Shown piece by piece: positions 11,790 to 24,958 of a stretch of DNA of 64,000 bases. Each line of letters starts with the position of its first letter. Position 1 is the first letter of the stretch. The DNA comes from Dictyostelium discoideum (taxonomy: Eukaryota). Below the pieces are notes generated by a model. That model ran no database searches. It saw only the letters and a program-made list of their open reading frames with translations, and had not been told where the DNA came from. The translations under genes were made by a program, and so were the position numbers. The stretch lies in contig CM000152.2 in the NCBI GenBank assembly GCA_000004695.1, positions 544,001 to 608,000 of the forward strand, written 5' to 3'.

Positions 11790-14487
11790 ATAAATTAATA
11801 ATAAATAAAAAATAAAAATAAAAAAAAAAAAAAAAACAAAATTAATAAAATTTTAATAATTAATAATATAAAAATAAAAAAAAAAAAAAAATTGATATCA
11901 CATATTAAAAAAAAAAAAAAATAAAATAAAATAATAATAATAATAAAGTGGTAATAATAATATCAAAATAAAAAAAAAAAAAAAAAAAAAAATATTAATA
12001 TAAAAAAAATATATAATAATTGATGATGCAATCTACTATGATATCTTTATTTAGTTAACTTATCAAAAATTAAAAAGGTAATATTTGACAATGTCAATGT
12101 TACAAAAAATATAAATAGTTTGAAAAAAAAAAAAAAAAAAAAAAAAAACTACTGAAAATGGTGATGGTGTAGGTTTAAATCAATTATTTTTTTTTTATAT
12201 TTTTTATTTTTAATTATACAATACTTGCACAGATTATTTGATTTTAGCGATACAGTAAATTTCAAAAAAAATTTTATGAAAATGCTGGGGTTAAAATTTA
12301 ATAATTACAAATTAATAAAATTACCCCCACTAACCTCACACGTTTTTCACTTGCTCCACTTGATCCCATTCAAATAATATTTTTTTACAAATATAAAAAT
12401 AAACTGTTGAAAACGGATAAATTGTTTGAAAAAATATATAATAACTAAAAATAACAACAATAATTTATTTTACAAATAGTCGATAATTTCATTACATCAT
12501 CTAAAAATAATTTTTTTTTTCAAACCATGATCAATCATGGTAAAACAAATTGGTATTTGTTATTATTATATAAAAATAAATTAATAAAATAGTAATAAGA
12601 AGTAAATAAATTTTTTTTTTTTTTTTTTATTAAATTATTTTTATTATTATTTTTTTATTTTTTATTTTTTTAACTTTACAAAGCATATAAACTGAAAATA
12701 AATAAATTATTTAAACATATTTAACTCATTTAACTTATTTTTATTTTTTTATTTTACGATAAATTTTGGATAGCAATAAAAAAAAAAAATTTGTTATTAA
12801 AAATTTGAGGTTAAATTGTTATTAATTTCATTAAAAAAAATTAATTCAAAAAAAAAAAAATATGAGTTGTTCAATTTCATGGTGTCAAAATATTAAAAAA
12901 CATACATTAACAATATTTTAATTAACCCACAAAAACAAATTTCCAAACACAATATTAATATTCAAACTCACTTAATTATAACCCCCATTCGCTATTTTAT
13001 CAAATTCACTATTGTAATAAACTATATAAATATTATCCCCCAAATTAATTATTTGAATTGATTTTATTTTTAATTATTTTTTTATTTTTTTATTTTTTTT
13101 TTTTTTATTTAAACAGTTACACCCCACAATTTTAATTATTAATAGGCTGATTTTGTGGGTAAAAAGAGTGGTATTTTTTTGGGTGATTGTTTTAATAATC
13201 AAATTTACAAATTTACAGTAGATGATGTTTGAAATTAAATAAATTAAAAGTGTATGTTTTATTTAATTTTTTTTTTTTTTTTTTATATTGATTTTTATAT
13301 TGATTTTTTATTATTGTTAATTGTACTTTTTAATCTCTTGTTATCATCAAACTCTACACAAATAGGTTATTTACAAAATCTATTAAAATTATTCAAATAT
13401 AGGTGTGGGTTTGTTGTGTGTGAATATATTAATATAAATTTGTGATTTTGTTATTGTTTTTAAACATTACTGTTGTTTTTTTTTTTTATTTATGTGGTTT
13501 AGAGAGTTTGAGATAGTGAGGTTTTTTAATTATGATTTCATATACAATTGAAAAAATAAAAAATATTTAATAATATGATTATGCATTATTTGATGTTATG
13601 GTTGTAAACTCGTGAGGGGGTTGGTGATTTTATAGTTGTAAAAAATTTTGCAATAAAATATATTATGTAAACTGATACTTTATACTATTGGAAAAGAAAA
13701 AAAAGAAATTAATTATACATAACACCACAAACAATTTCTATTTTCAAACACACACATGTGATATTTTTAATTTTTCATAAAAATACCTTGTGTACATATA
13801 AACAGATAGTACAATAATGAAAAAAAAGTTATCTCACTCTCTATTTAAAATAATTAACACACTTTCACCAAAATTATACACCACCACCATAAATAATAAA
13901 AATAAAAAATAGAATAAAAAAAATAACAATAATGATAATAAATAATATAATGAAACATTGGGGTTGTATAAAAAAACAATTTAAAAAAATACATACATAC
14001 ACATATTATTATTGTTAAAAAAATGTATATTTTATATTGCGTAATGGTTTTGCGGTCTTTTTAAGAATATCACTAATCAAATATGATCGACAATCCAATT
14101 ATTTTTAATTTACCATACTTTATTTTTTTTAAAATTAATTTTAATTTTATTTTATTTTTATTTTTATTTTTTTGTTTATATTTTTTTTTTTTTTGTGTAA
14201 ATATTTTTTGTATAAATATTTGATTATTTTAATTTTATTTTCATCAATTCAAAAATTAACTTTTAAATTGGAATATATTTAAATAATTTAATATTTCAAT
14301 ATATTTATTTATTTTAAATAAATAAATAAAAAAAAAAAAAAAAAAAAAAAAAAAATAATATTTATTTATTAAAAAAAAAAAAAAATCATTTAAAAAAAAA
14401 AAAAAAAAAAAAAAACAAAAAAAAAAAAAGTAGGAAAAGGAATTAGTAAAAACTAAAATCATTAGTTTAAAAATTATAACGTTGAAA

Positions 14488-14805
14488 ATGAAAATTTCTA
14501 TATTTATTTTATTACTATTTATTAGTAGTATGGTAATAATATCAGTTAATGGTATGTTTATTTTTTTTTTTTTTTTTTTCTTTATTAAATAATTGGAAAT
14601 TCTAATAATTTTTTTTTTTTTTTATTTCTTTTTTTTTTTTTAATATTTAATAGCGGAAACTGAAACCATACAAACCAATACAGCATGTGATTGTGATGAT
14701 GATTGTGATGATGGAAATAGATGGTCAACAGATATGTGTTCTGCAGGTTTACTTTTTGGAAAATATTGCACTCATACTCAAATTTGTTGTGATGATGAAA
14801 GTAAA

Positions 14806-14840
<35 letters not shown>

Positions 14841-17800
14841 CCTAAACAGTTTTTTTTTTTTTTTTTTTTTTTTCAAAACAGTTTTTTTTTTTTTTTTTTC
14901 ACTCTCTAATTTTTTAAAAAAAAAAACATATAATTTTAAACTAATAAATAAACAACATACAATTTTATACTATAAATTTTATATTATATTTTATAGATGC
15001 ATGCACAATTGATAGTTGTTCAAAAACTTCAGGTTGTGTTCATACCCCAATAAATGTGGATGATAAAAATCCATGTACAATTGATTCATGTATCAAAGGT
15101 TTTATTTCACATACTCAAATCTCTTGTGATGATAAGAATGCTTGTACAATCGATAGTTGTGACTGTTCATCAGGTTGTCAAAATAAACCAATGTCCTGTG
15201 ATGATAATAATCCATGTACCGTAGATTCTTGCAATAATTCAACCGGTTGTCGTAATACCCCAATCAGTGTAGATGATAATAATCCATGCACAATAGATTC
15301 ATGTTCAAAATCAACTGGTGTAGTTCACATTCCAATCAATGTCGACGATCTTAACCCATGTACAATTGATGCATGTACCAAAGAAGGTGGTGTTACTCAT
15401 ACTCCAGTCAATGTTGATGATAATAACAAATGTACCACTGATTCATGTTCGCTATTTACAGGTATAACTCACACTGAAATCTGTTGTGATGATAATAATG
15501 CCTGTACAGATGATTCCTGCTCACCATCAACTGGTTGCGTAAATACCCCAATTTCTTGTGATGACAAAAACCCATGCACCGTAGACTCTTGCAACAATTC
15601 AACTGGTTGCTGTTATACCCCAATCAATGTTGATGACAATAATCCATGTACCATCGATGCCTGTACTAAATCAACAGGTGTCACCCACACTCCAATCAAT
15701 GTCGATGATAATAACCAATGTACAACTGATTCATGTACCAAAGAAGGTGGTGTAACTCATACTCCAGTCAATACTGATGATAACAATCCATGTACTGTTG
15801 ACTCCTGCTCACCATTTACAGGTGTTTCTCACACTCCAATCAATGTTGATGATAATAACAAATGTACAATTGATGCATGTACCAAAGAAGGTGGTGTAAC
15901 TCATACTCCAGTCAACACTGATGATAACAATGCCTGTACCCTTGATTCTTGTTCACCATTAACTGGTGTCACTCATACCCCAATAAACTGTGACGATAAA
16001 AAGGCCTGTACTGTAGATTCATGTTCAAATTCAACTGGTTGCGTAAATACTCCAATTTCCTGTGATGATAATAATCCATGTACTGTTGATACCTGTGATG
16101 ACTCAACCGGTTGTTGCAATACTCCAATCAATGTTGATGATAATAATCCATGTACCGTAGATGCCTGTACCAAATCAACAGGTGTCACTCATACCCCAGT
16201 AAATGTAGATGATAATAACAAATGTACAATTGATGCATGTACCAAAGAAGGTGGTGTAACTCATACTCCAGTCAATACTGATGATAACAATGCCTGTACT
16301 CTTGATAACTGTTCACCATTAACCGGTGTCACTCATACCCCAATAAATTGTGATGATAAAAAGGCCTGTACTGTCGACTCATGTTCAAACTCAACTGGTT
16401 GCGTAAATACTCCAATTTCCTGTGATGATAATAATCCATGTACTGTTGATTCTTGTGATGACATAACTGGTTGTTGCAATACTCCAATCAATGTTGATGA
16501 TAATAATCCATGTACCGTCGATGCCTGTACCAAATCAACAGGTGTCACTCATACCCCAGTAAATGTAGATGATAATAACAAATGTACAATTGATGCATGT
16601 ACCAAAGAAGGTGGTGTAACTCATACTCCAGTCAATACTGATGATAACAATGCCTGTACACTTGATTCCTGTTCACCATCAACTGGTGTTTCCCACACCC
16701 CAATTAACTGTGATGATAGTAATCCATGTACCGTAGACTCATGTTCAAATTCAACCGGTTGTGTAAACACTCCAGTCAATGTTGATGATAATAATCCATG
16801 TACTGTAGATGCTTGTACCAAATCAACAGGTGTCACACATACCCCAGTAAATGTAGATGATAACAACAAATGTACAATTGATGCATGTACCAAAGAAGGT
16901 GGTGTAACTCATACTCCAGTCAACACTGATGATAACAATGCCTGTACAATTGATTCTTGTTCACCATCAACCGGTATTTCCCACACCCCAATCAATTGTG
17001 ATGATAAAAAGGCCTGTACAGTTGATTCATGTTCAAATTCAACTGGTTGTGTAAATACTCCAATTTCCTGTGACGATAATAATCCATGTACTGTTGATTC
17101 TTGCGATGACTTAACTGGTTGTTGCAATACTCCAATCAATGTTGATGATAATAATCCATGTACCATCGATGCCTGTACTAAATCAACAGGTGTTACTCAT
17201 ACCCCAGTCAATGTAGATGATAATAACAAATGTACAATTGATACATGTACCAAAGAAGGTGGTGTAACTCATACTCCAGTCAATACTGATGATAACAATG
17301 CCTGTACCCTTGATTCCTGCTCACCATCAACTGGTGTTTCCCATACCCCAATAAACTGTGATGATAATAATAAATGTACTGTAGATTCATGTTCAAACTC
17401 AACTGGTTGTGTAAATACTCCAATTAACTGTGACGATAGTAATCCATGTACCGTAGACTCATGCAATAATTCAACTGGTTGTGTAAACACTCCAGTCAAT
17501 GTTGATGATAATAATCCATGTACCGTCGATGCCTGTACCAAATCAACAGGTGTTACTCATACCCCAGTCAATGTAGATGATAACAACAAATGTACAATTG
17601 ATGCATGTACCAAAGAAGGTGGTGTAACTCATACCCCAGTCAATACTGATGATAACAATGCCTGTACAATTGATGCATGTACAAAAGAAGGTGGTGTAAC
17701 TCATACTCCAGTCAATACTGATGATAACAATGCTTGTACCCTTGACTCCTGTTCACCATCAACTGGCGTTTCCCACACCCCAATTAACTGTGATGATAGT

Positions 17801-19918
17801 AATCCATGTACCGTAGACTCATGTTCAAATTCAACCGGTTGTTGCAACACTCCAATCAATGTTGATGATAATAATCCATGTACTGTAGATTCATGTACCA
17901 AACCAACAGGTGTCACTCATACCCCAGTCAATGTAGATGATAACAACAAATGTACAATTGATGCATGTACCAAAGAAGGTGGTGTAACTCATACTCCAGT
18001 CAATACTGATGATAACAATGCATGTACCCTTGATTCCTGTTCACCATCAACTGGTATTTCCCACGCTCCAATTAACTGTGATGATAGTAATCCATGTACC
18101 ATAGATTCATGCAATAATTCAACTGGTTGTTGCAACACTCCAATCAATGTTGATGATAATAATCCATGTACCGTAGATTCATGTACTAAATCAGGTGGTG
18201 TCACTCATACTCCAGTCAATGTCGATGATAATAACAAATGTACCACTGATGCATGTACTAAAGAAGGTGGTGTAACTCATACTCCAATCTCTTGTGATGA
18301 TAATAATGCCTGTACAATTGATTCATGTTCAAACTCAACTGGTTGTGTAAACACTCCAATTAGCTGTGATGATAGAAACCCATGTACTGTTGATACATGT
18401 ACAAAAGAAAAAGGTTGTCAACATTCCCCAATCGATACTGATGATAGTAATAAATGTACCATTGATGCTTGTTCTTCAACCACTGGTGTAACTCATACTT
18501 CAATTAACTGTGATGATAACAATGCTTGTACATTCGATTCATGTTCAAACTCAACTGGTTGTGTCAGTACTCCAATTTCATGTGATGATAAAAATCCATG
18601 TACCTTGGATTCTTGTGACAAAAAGACAGGTTGTTGTAATACTCCAATTAATGTTGATGATAATGACAAATGTACCACTGATTCATGTACCAAAGAAGGT
18701 GGTGTAACTCATACTCCAATCTCTTGTGACGATAACAATGCCTGTACAACTGATTCATGTTCAAAATCAACTGGTTGTGTAAATAAACCAATTTCTTGTG
18801 ATGATAGTAATCCATGTACCGTAGACTCATGTTCAAATTCAACCGGTTGTTGCAACACTCCAATCAATGTTGATGATAATAATCCATGTACCACTGACTC
18901 ATGTACCAAATCAGGTGGTGTAACTCATACTCCAGTCAATGTTGATGATAATAACAAATGTACCACAGATTCATGTACCAAAGAAGGTGGTATAACTCAT
19001 ACTCCAATCTCTTGTGATGATAATAATCCATGTACACTTGACTCATGTTCACCAACAACTGGTTGTGTAAATAAACCAATGAATGTTGATGATAATGATG
19101 CATGTACAACCGATACATGTAATAAAGATGGTACCATCACTCATACACCAATCAATACAGATGATAATAACAAATGTACATTAGATGCTTGTTCACCAAA
19201 GACTGGTGTAACTCATACACCAATCAATTGTGATGATGGAAACAAATGTACAATCAATAGTTGTTCACCATCAGTTGGTTGTATCTCAACACCAGTTTCA
19301 TGTCCAAAACCAAAAGATAAATGTTCAATCTCTCAATGTGATTCAGCCAAAGGTTGCATCGAAGTCCCAATGAATTGTACCTCTGATAAATGTAATGAAG
19401 CATCATGTTGTGATGGTGTTTGTACCTCAAAACCAATTAGCTGTCCAAAACCAAAGAATAAGTGTCAAGTTGCAAAATGTGATTTAATTAAAGGTTGTAC
19501 CGTCTCAAATGTAGTATGTGATGATGGTAATGCTTGTACCGAAGATTCATGTTGTTCAGACACTGGTAAATGTCAATTCGAACCAATCAAACTTCCAAAG
19601 AATAAAAACAAATGTATCATTTCAAAATGTGATCCAATTAAAGGTACAATCACCAACAGTACCGTAAACTGTGAATGTGATGACCTTTGTAACATTGGTG
19701 AATGTTGTGAAGATACAGGAAAATGTAATTACAGACAAAAAGATTGTGATGATAATAATCCAAAAACAGCTGATAGTTGCGATTCCAAGACTGGTAAATG
19801 TATTAACAAACCATATAATGTTATCACAAGTGGTTCTAATTTAATCTCTGGTTTAATTGGTGGTCTCATTGGTGGTGGTACAGGAGGTAAAGGTGATTGC
19901 AAAACTTGTAAAAATTAA
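14488..19918 (+). CDS. Giant secreted Cys-rich protein built from ~60 tandem 24-aa Dictyostelium CTDC repeats (ecmA/ecmB-type extracellular matrix/slime-sheath protein family); 3 exons 14488..14551, 14654..14800, 14997..19918
   Basis: Signal peptide MKISIFILLLFISSMVIISVNA. Repeats of form (N/S)(V/C)DDNNPCTxDxCxKxTGVTHTP(I/V), matching the C-T-x-D-x-C Dicty_CTDC consensus. C-terminal ~200 aa has a different Cys pattern (CPKPKDKCSISQCD...). Phase-1 introns with GTATGT/GTAAAA donors; ORF 15056..19918 is open for 1620 codons. Confidence 0.8.
15056..19250 (+). repeat. Coding tandem repeat array, 72-bp unit (24 aa) with higher-order 288/360-bp periodicity
   Basis: Reverse-strand spurious ORFs recur at 360-bp and 288-bp offsets (15973/16333, 16909/17269, 17701/17989); many near-identical blocks, e.g. 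PCTVDACTKSTGVTHTPVNVDDNNKCTIDACTKEGGVTHTPVNTDDNNACTLDSCSP. Confidence 0.85.
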
Positions 19919-20053
19919 ATAACTCTTTTTATTTAATTATATTTTAAAAAAATTCAAAAAAAATTCAAAAAAAAATTCAAGAAAAAAAAAAAACTATTTG
20001 TTTTCTTATCTAATATTTATAATTTTTAAAAATAAAAATTCATTCCAAAAATA

Positions 20054-20091
<38 letters not shown>

Positions 20092-20285
20092 TTTTTCATG
20101 GTGACTTTCACCAAAAAAAACTTGATCTGTAAATTTTGAAATTGTTTTTGGTGAGAATGATTGTTCTTGAGAACAAATAAACATAAGGCTTTCATCAACA
20201 TTATAATTATTTTATGAGAATTTCATTACAAAAAAAAATGAAAAAAAAAAAAAAAAATGAAAAAAAAAAAAAAAAATGAAAAAAA

Positions 20286-20316
<31 letters not shown>

Positions 20317-21589
20317 TGGTGAAATTCGTCAATCATATAAAATAAAATAAATTAAAAAAAAATAAAAAATATAATTTATTATATTTATCACTATAATGTA
20401 AATCAATTTTTTATTTTGGAAATAATTAAAAGTGATTTTTTTAGGGGACTTGTTCTATCGGGAAAAAAAAATTAAAATTTTTTTTTTTTTTTTTTTTTTT
20501 TGTACAACCAGATCAGAAATTTTTTACTTTTTTTGGTTTCTCTGAATCGGTGTAGATCTTTTAATCAAAAAATTCTATTTTATTTTTAGTATAAAAAGTA
20601 ATTTTTTTTTTTTTTTTTTCAGTTGATTCAAAAAAGACAAGGTTATAACTAAATAAGAAAATTAAATAAAAAAAATATTAAATAATTTACACTTTGACAA
20701 AATTAAAGAGGTAATTGTTATTTAATTTTTATTAAAAAAAAAACAAAAAAAATCCAACAAAAAACTAATTAATTGTTTTTTTTAATTAGATATCTTTTAA
20801 AAAATAGGTTGTTTTATTGCAATGTGGGGTTTTTTTTTTTTGATTGATATTTTGTTTAGTTATTAGTTTATTTAGTATGGATTGGTACTAATCCAATTGC
20901 CAGAGAATCAAACGATTTAATTCTTTTTTTTTAGATATATTTTTTAATTCTCAGGCATTGTTGATAGGTAGATTGCATATTAAACAGCTGTTTCACTATA
21001 TAATATATTTTTTTAATAAATAAAAAAAAACTTATTTATACATTAAACACAGAATAAATATGGAAATTTTCAACCAAAGTAAATTTTTAAAATACTTTTT
21101 ATAATAATATTAATAATTTTTACTAATATTAATTTTTATTATAGTTTGATTGGTATAAAACTAAAATCGAAAAATCAAAGCTAAATTATATATTGCTAAA
21201 ATCCCAAACAAAATCAGAAACATAATAAAACAAAATAAAATAAAGTAAAATAAAACAAAATAAAAAAAAATAAAATAAAATAAAGTAAAACAAAATAAAA
21301 CAAATTTATAAATTAAAAATAAAATATTAAACAAATAAACAAAAAAAAAAAACTATTTCCCATTTTTCATTTTTATTTTTTTTTCATTTTCTTTTTTTTA
21401 TTTTTATTTTTTTTTTTTAATTCTTAACTTTTATTAATTATTTCAATTATTTGTATTAATTTAAATTATTTATTTGTATTTTTTAAGATGAGTATATCAT
21501 AACTAAATAAAAAAATATAAAAAAAATAACGCATGGAAGTTTATCATAACTAAATAAAAAAATAAAAAAAAAATAACGCATGAAATCAA

Positions 21590-22050
21590 ACCAACAAACC
21601 TTTTTATCATATCCACCTATGAGGAAATTATCACCTTGTGGATGAATATCGATGGAACTAATCTATCTACAACCAGTGATTAACTTTTTGATTAATTCTT
21701 GTTTCATGAGATCATAGACACGAATTATATTTGATCGACAACAAAGAAGATTGGTTTATTTGGATGGAAATGAGTGACTTGATTTGGAGTTTTACTCTTT
21801 CTAAATGGTGATTGAGTTTCTCTTTTTGATGGATTTTAACTGGACGAGAACCTTCCTTTGGTGATGAAAAGTAGTCACCCTTATAATGCCAAGTTAAATT
21901 CTTTACAGAGAATGGATGATGAATTTCAATACGTACACCTTTTTCCAGGAGTTTTACTGTATCAGAACCAGTGACTTGATACCAATTGACAGATATATTT
22001 TGTTGTTGTTCAGTTGAAGAATAAGCTGGTGGTTTGTACTTAAGATTCAA
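21590..22050 (-). pseudogene. BOP1/Erb1 (ribosome biogenesis WD-repeat protein) pseudogene fragment with two frameshifts and an in-frame stop
   Basis: Minus-strand translation matches the human BOP1 C-terminal region across three frames. LTWHYKGDYFSS...KIHQKEKL matches VTWHGRGDYL...LIHQLSRR; FHPNKPIFFVVDQ matches [63 protein letters not shown] matches [50 protein letters not shown]. A TAG sits where BOP1 has W. Only ~150 codons of a ~700-aa protein, flanked by AT-rich spacer; weaker similarity may extend to 22200. Confidence 0.55.
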
Positions 22051-22463
22051 ACTCTTAAGAGTATTTTTATTTTTATTTTTTTAATTTTAAAATGTACTAT
22101 CAGTGACTTGAAAGGTACAACTATATGATGATAATAATTGAAATTGGAATATTAATGGGTTACCAATTTCAATGACTTTTCCAGAAAATTCACCACACAT
22201 TTTTTTTATTAAATAATACAAATATAGGTTCAATAATATTTAAATTGAAAATGGTTTGTTAACAATTACAATCAATAAGAAATTAGATTATTCAAACACA
22301 ATTAAAAAAAATTAAAAAAAAGATTATGAAAAACAAAAATATTATCATACAATTAAAATTATTAATTTATTATTATTATTTTTTTTTTTTTTTTTTTATA
22401 TTATCATTATTTTTATTATTTTTATTTTCATTTTTAGAATTTTTATTTTTAAATTTTTTATTT

Positions 22464-24419
22464 TTAGATTTTATTTTCTTTTTGTAATTTTTGTAAATGT
22501 AATTTAATATTTCCCAATGCCATAAATGATAAAGTTGGTTCAAGACTACCATAAACGATATCTAAGATTTCAGTGAGTGAAGTTTTACCAGATTTATAAG
22601 CATTTAAGATTTCTTCTTCACGAAGTAAACGATGCTTGATGTAATTATTTAAGAGGACGATTGGATCGAAATTTAAAGGACCATGAGCAGGAATTGCAAC
22701 CTTTGGACAAAGATAATTGATCATACCATGAGTGCTATCTATATATTCAACCATATCACCTGTATGAAAATCCAATACTGAACTACCGAAACCAACAATA
22801 TGATCACCAGCAATCAAAGTTTTACTATTATTCTCAAAAAGACACAAAGAATCATCAGTGTGACCAGGTGTTGAAACTATATGAAAAATTCTATCACCAC
22901 CATTACCAATGTAAAGCTTTTCATTTGTATGACAATCCAATTGTTTAATTTCAGTTGGAGTTTTAATTTCATTTAAAAAGCTATCAACACTCTCTTTATC
23001 CTTTAATTGAAAACCAGAAACTTGTACCTTTTTTAAACCACTTTCAATATTCTTTAAAGTTTTCTCATGAGCATAAATTGTTGCCTCTGGGAAATGTTTC
23101 TCTAAAATACCAATACCTTCCCAATGATCTTTATGATTATGTGTAATGAAAATTGATATATTTTTACCTTCTAATATTTTTTTATTTTCTTCTTCTTCTT
23201 CTTCTTCTTGTTGTTGTTGTTCTTCTTCTCTTTGTTCATTATTAACATTATTTGAATTTTCATCATTTTTAATTTCAATATTATTTTTAATAAACTTTTT
23301 TAAATATTTTAATAATTTCTTTTCTATTATATTACACATATGAATAGAACCTTCTTTATTTGCACCAGGATCAACTAAAAGTATATGAGTATCATTTTGA
23401 GAGATGATTAGATTGGTTGAATTGAATGGATGTAAAGTGTTTGAACGTACTGGTATACTTTCAATATGAGGAGCGAACTCCAATGGTATAGTGATACCAA
23501 GGTTATTTTTATCTTCACTGATGGTCAATAGGTCATTGTTTGTCTTTGAGAATAGTGATAACATCTTTAGGAGATATTGTGTTTCTGGTGTAATGAATTT
23601 ACGATGTGAATTGAATTCCCTCAAGAATTCCATTGGTTCCTTCCATTCCATTGAAATCTCCAATGTTTTCTCTTTGGTACCACCTGATGATGCTGGATCC
23701 GTTGGTGATATTGAATCCACTAAAATAGTCTCCAATTTATTCTTATTTATACAATTACTATCTTTAACAATTATTAAATAATAATCGAAATAACATCTCT
23801 TCACTTGTTCCAAATAATATGGTGTTACCAATGATCCTAAATAATAAATATTATCACGTTTAAATGAATTTTTATTATTAAATACTTTTTCAATTTTATC
23901 TAATTGTAATTGATTTGAATAAAATTTATTATTTAATAATAATTTTTCATTATTACAACAGTTTTTATTTGATAATGAATCTTTTTGTTGTAATTGTTGT
24001 TGTTGTTGTTGTTGTTGTTGCTCATGTAATTGAGTTGGTTCTGGTGATGTTAATGATGGGAAACCAAAGAAACTATGTGGCACAGCTTTATATAATTTAT
24101 TTATATTATTTTTAACCATTAAAACTTTATTATTATTTTCATTGTAAAATAATAAACTAGAGTATGTATTCATTTTATTATTATTATTATTATTATAGGT
24201 ATTATTATTTTTATTATATATTTTATTATTATGACAACTTTCACTATAATATCTTTTTAAAATATCTGTTTTAGGTTGTTGTTTTTGTATTTGTTGAGAA
24301 TTTAATTTAATAATATTGTTTTTTCTAAATATTTTATTACTATTATTTCCTATACTATTACAAATAGAGGTATTTATTTGTACTGTTGTCGAATAAAAAA
24401 AAGAAAAAACCTTTATCAT
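22464..24419 (-). CDS. Metallo-beta-lactamase-fold protein, LACTB2-like, with ~330-aa N/Q-rich low-complexity N-terminal extension
   Basis: HxHxDH motif FITHNHKDHWEG, then TPGHTDDS, GDHIVGFGSSVLDF, PAHGP. C-terminal ILNAYKSGKTSLTEILDIVY...GNIKLHLQKLQKENKI aligns with human LACTB2 (...HNLLLHLKKLEKEGKIF). Single 651-codon ORF. Confidence 0.75.
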   Translation of the reverse strand: MIKVFSFFYSTTVQINTSICNSIGNNSNKIFRKNNIIKLNSQQIQKQQPKTDILKRYYSESCHNNKIYNKNNNTYNNNNNNKMNTYSSLLFYNENNNKVLMVKNNINKLYKAVPHSFFGFPSLTSPEPTQLHEQQQQQQQQQLQQKDSLSNKNCCNNEKLLLNNKFYSNQLQLDKIEKVFNNKNSFKRDNIYYLGSLVTPYYLEQVKRCYFDYYLIIVKDSNCINKNKLETILVDSISPTDPASSGGTKEKTLEISMEWKEPMEFLREFNSHRKFITPETQYLLKMLSLFSKTNNDLLTISEDKNNLGITIPLEFAPHIESIPVRSNTLHPFNSTNLIISQNDTHILLVDPGANKEGSIHMCNIIEKKLLKYLKKFIKNNIEIKNDENSNNVNNEQREEEQQQQEEEEEEENKKILEGKNISIFITHNHKDHWEGIGILEKHFPEATIYAHEKTLKNIESGLKKVQVSGFQLKDKESVDSFLNEIKTPTEIKQLDCHTNEKLYIGNGGDRIFHIVSTPGHTDDSLCLFENNSKTLIAGDHIVGFGSSVLDFHTGDMVEYIDSTHGMINYLCPKVAIPAHGPLNFDPIVLLNNYIKHRLLREEEILNAYKSGKTSLTEILDIVYGSLEPTLSFMALGNIKLHLQKLQKENKI

Positions 24420-24793
24420 TTATTTTAACAACCCACTATTTTAATTTTTTTTTTTTTTTTTATTTTTTAATTATTTTGTTTTTTTTTTTTTTTATTTTAT
24501 TTTTTTTTTTTATTTTTTTTTATTTTTTTTAATACTAATATAGCCTTGGGTTGGTGGGAATATAAAAAAAACAAACCTAAAAAAAAAAAAAAAAACAATT
24601 GTTTAAATTTATCTGTTGAATTTGAGATTATTAGAATTGTTTTTTTTTTTTTTTTTATTTTTTTAAAAAATTAAAAATAATTAAAAAAAGTGAAATTTAA
24701 AAAAAAAACAAAACAAAAATAAAAAAAAAAAAATTAAAATTAGTAATAATAGATATTTTAGATATTTTTATTTAAATTATTAATTTAATATTT

Positions 24794-24914
24794 TTATTTT
24801 AAATTTAAAATTTTATGAAAATCTTTTTGTTCAAATAAATCATTATTGGTACCTAAATTTAAATTATTATTATTATTATTATTATTATTATCATTATTAT
24901 TATTATTATTTTTG

Positions 24915-24958
<44 letters not shown>

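Noticed and set aside
15973-19436. Series of 60-90-aa ORFs on the minus strand (MTPVDLVQASTVHGLLSS..., MVHGLLSSTLIGV...)
   Set aside because: They are antisense to the CTDC repeat array and recur with the 72/288/360-bp coding periodicity; an artefact of repetitive codon usage, not genes.
20090-20340. Short hairpin-like ggtgactttcacc motifs and (A)nTGA repeats
   Set aside because: Very short stems within homopolymer context; insufficient to call a structured element.
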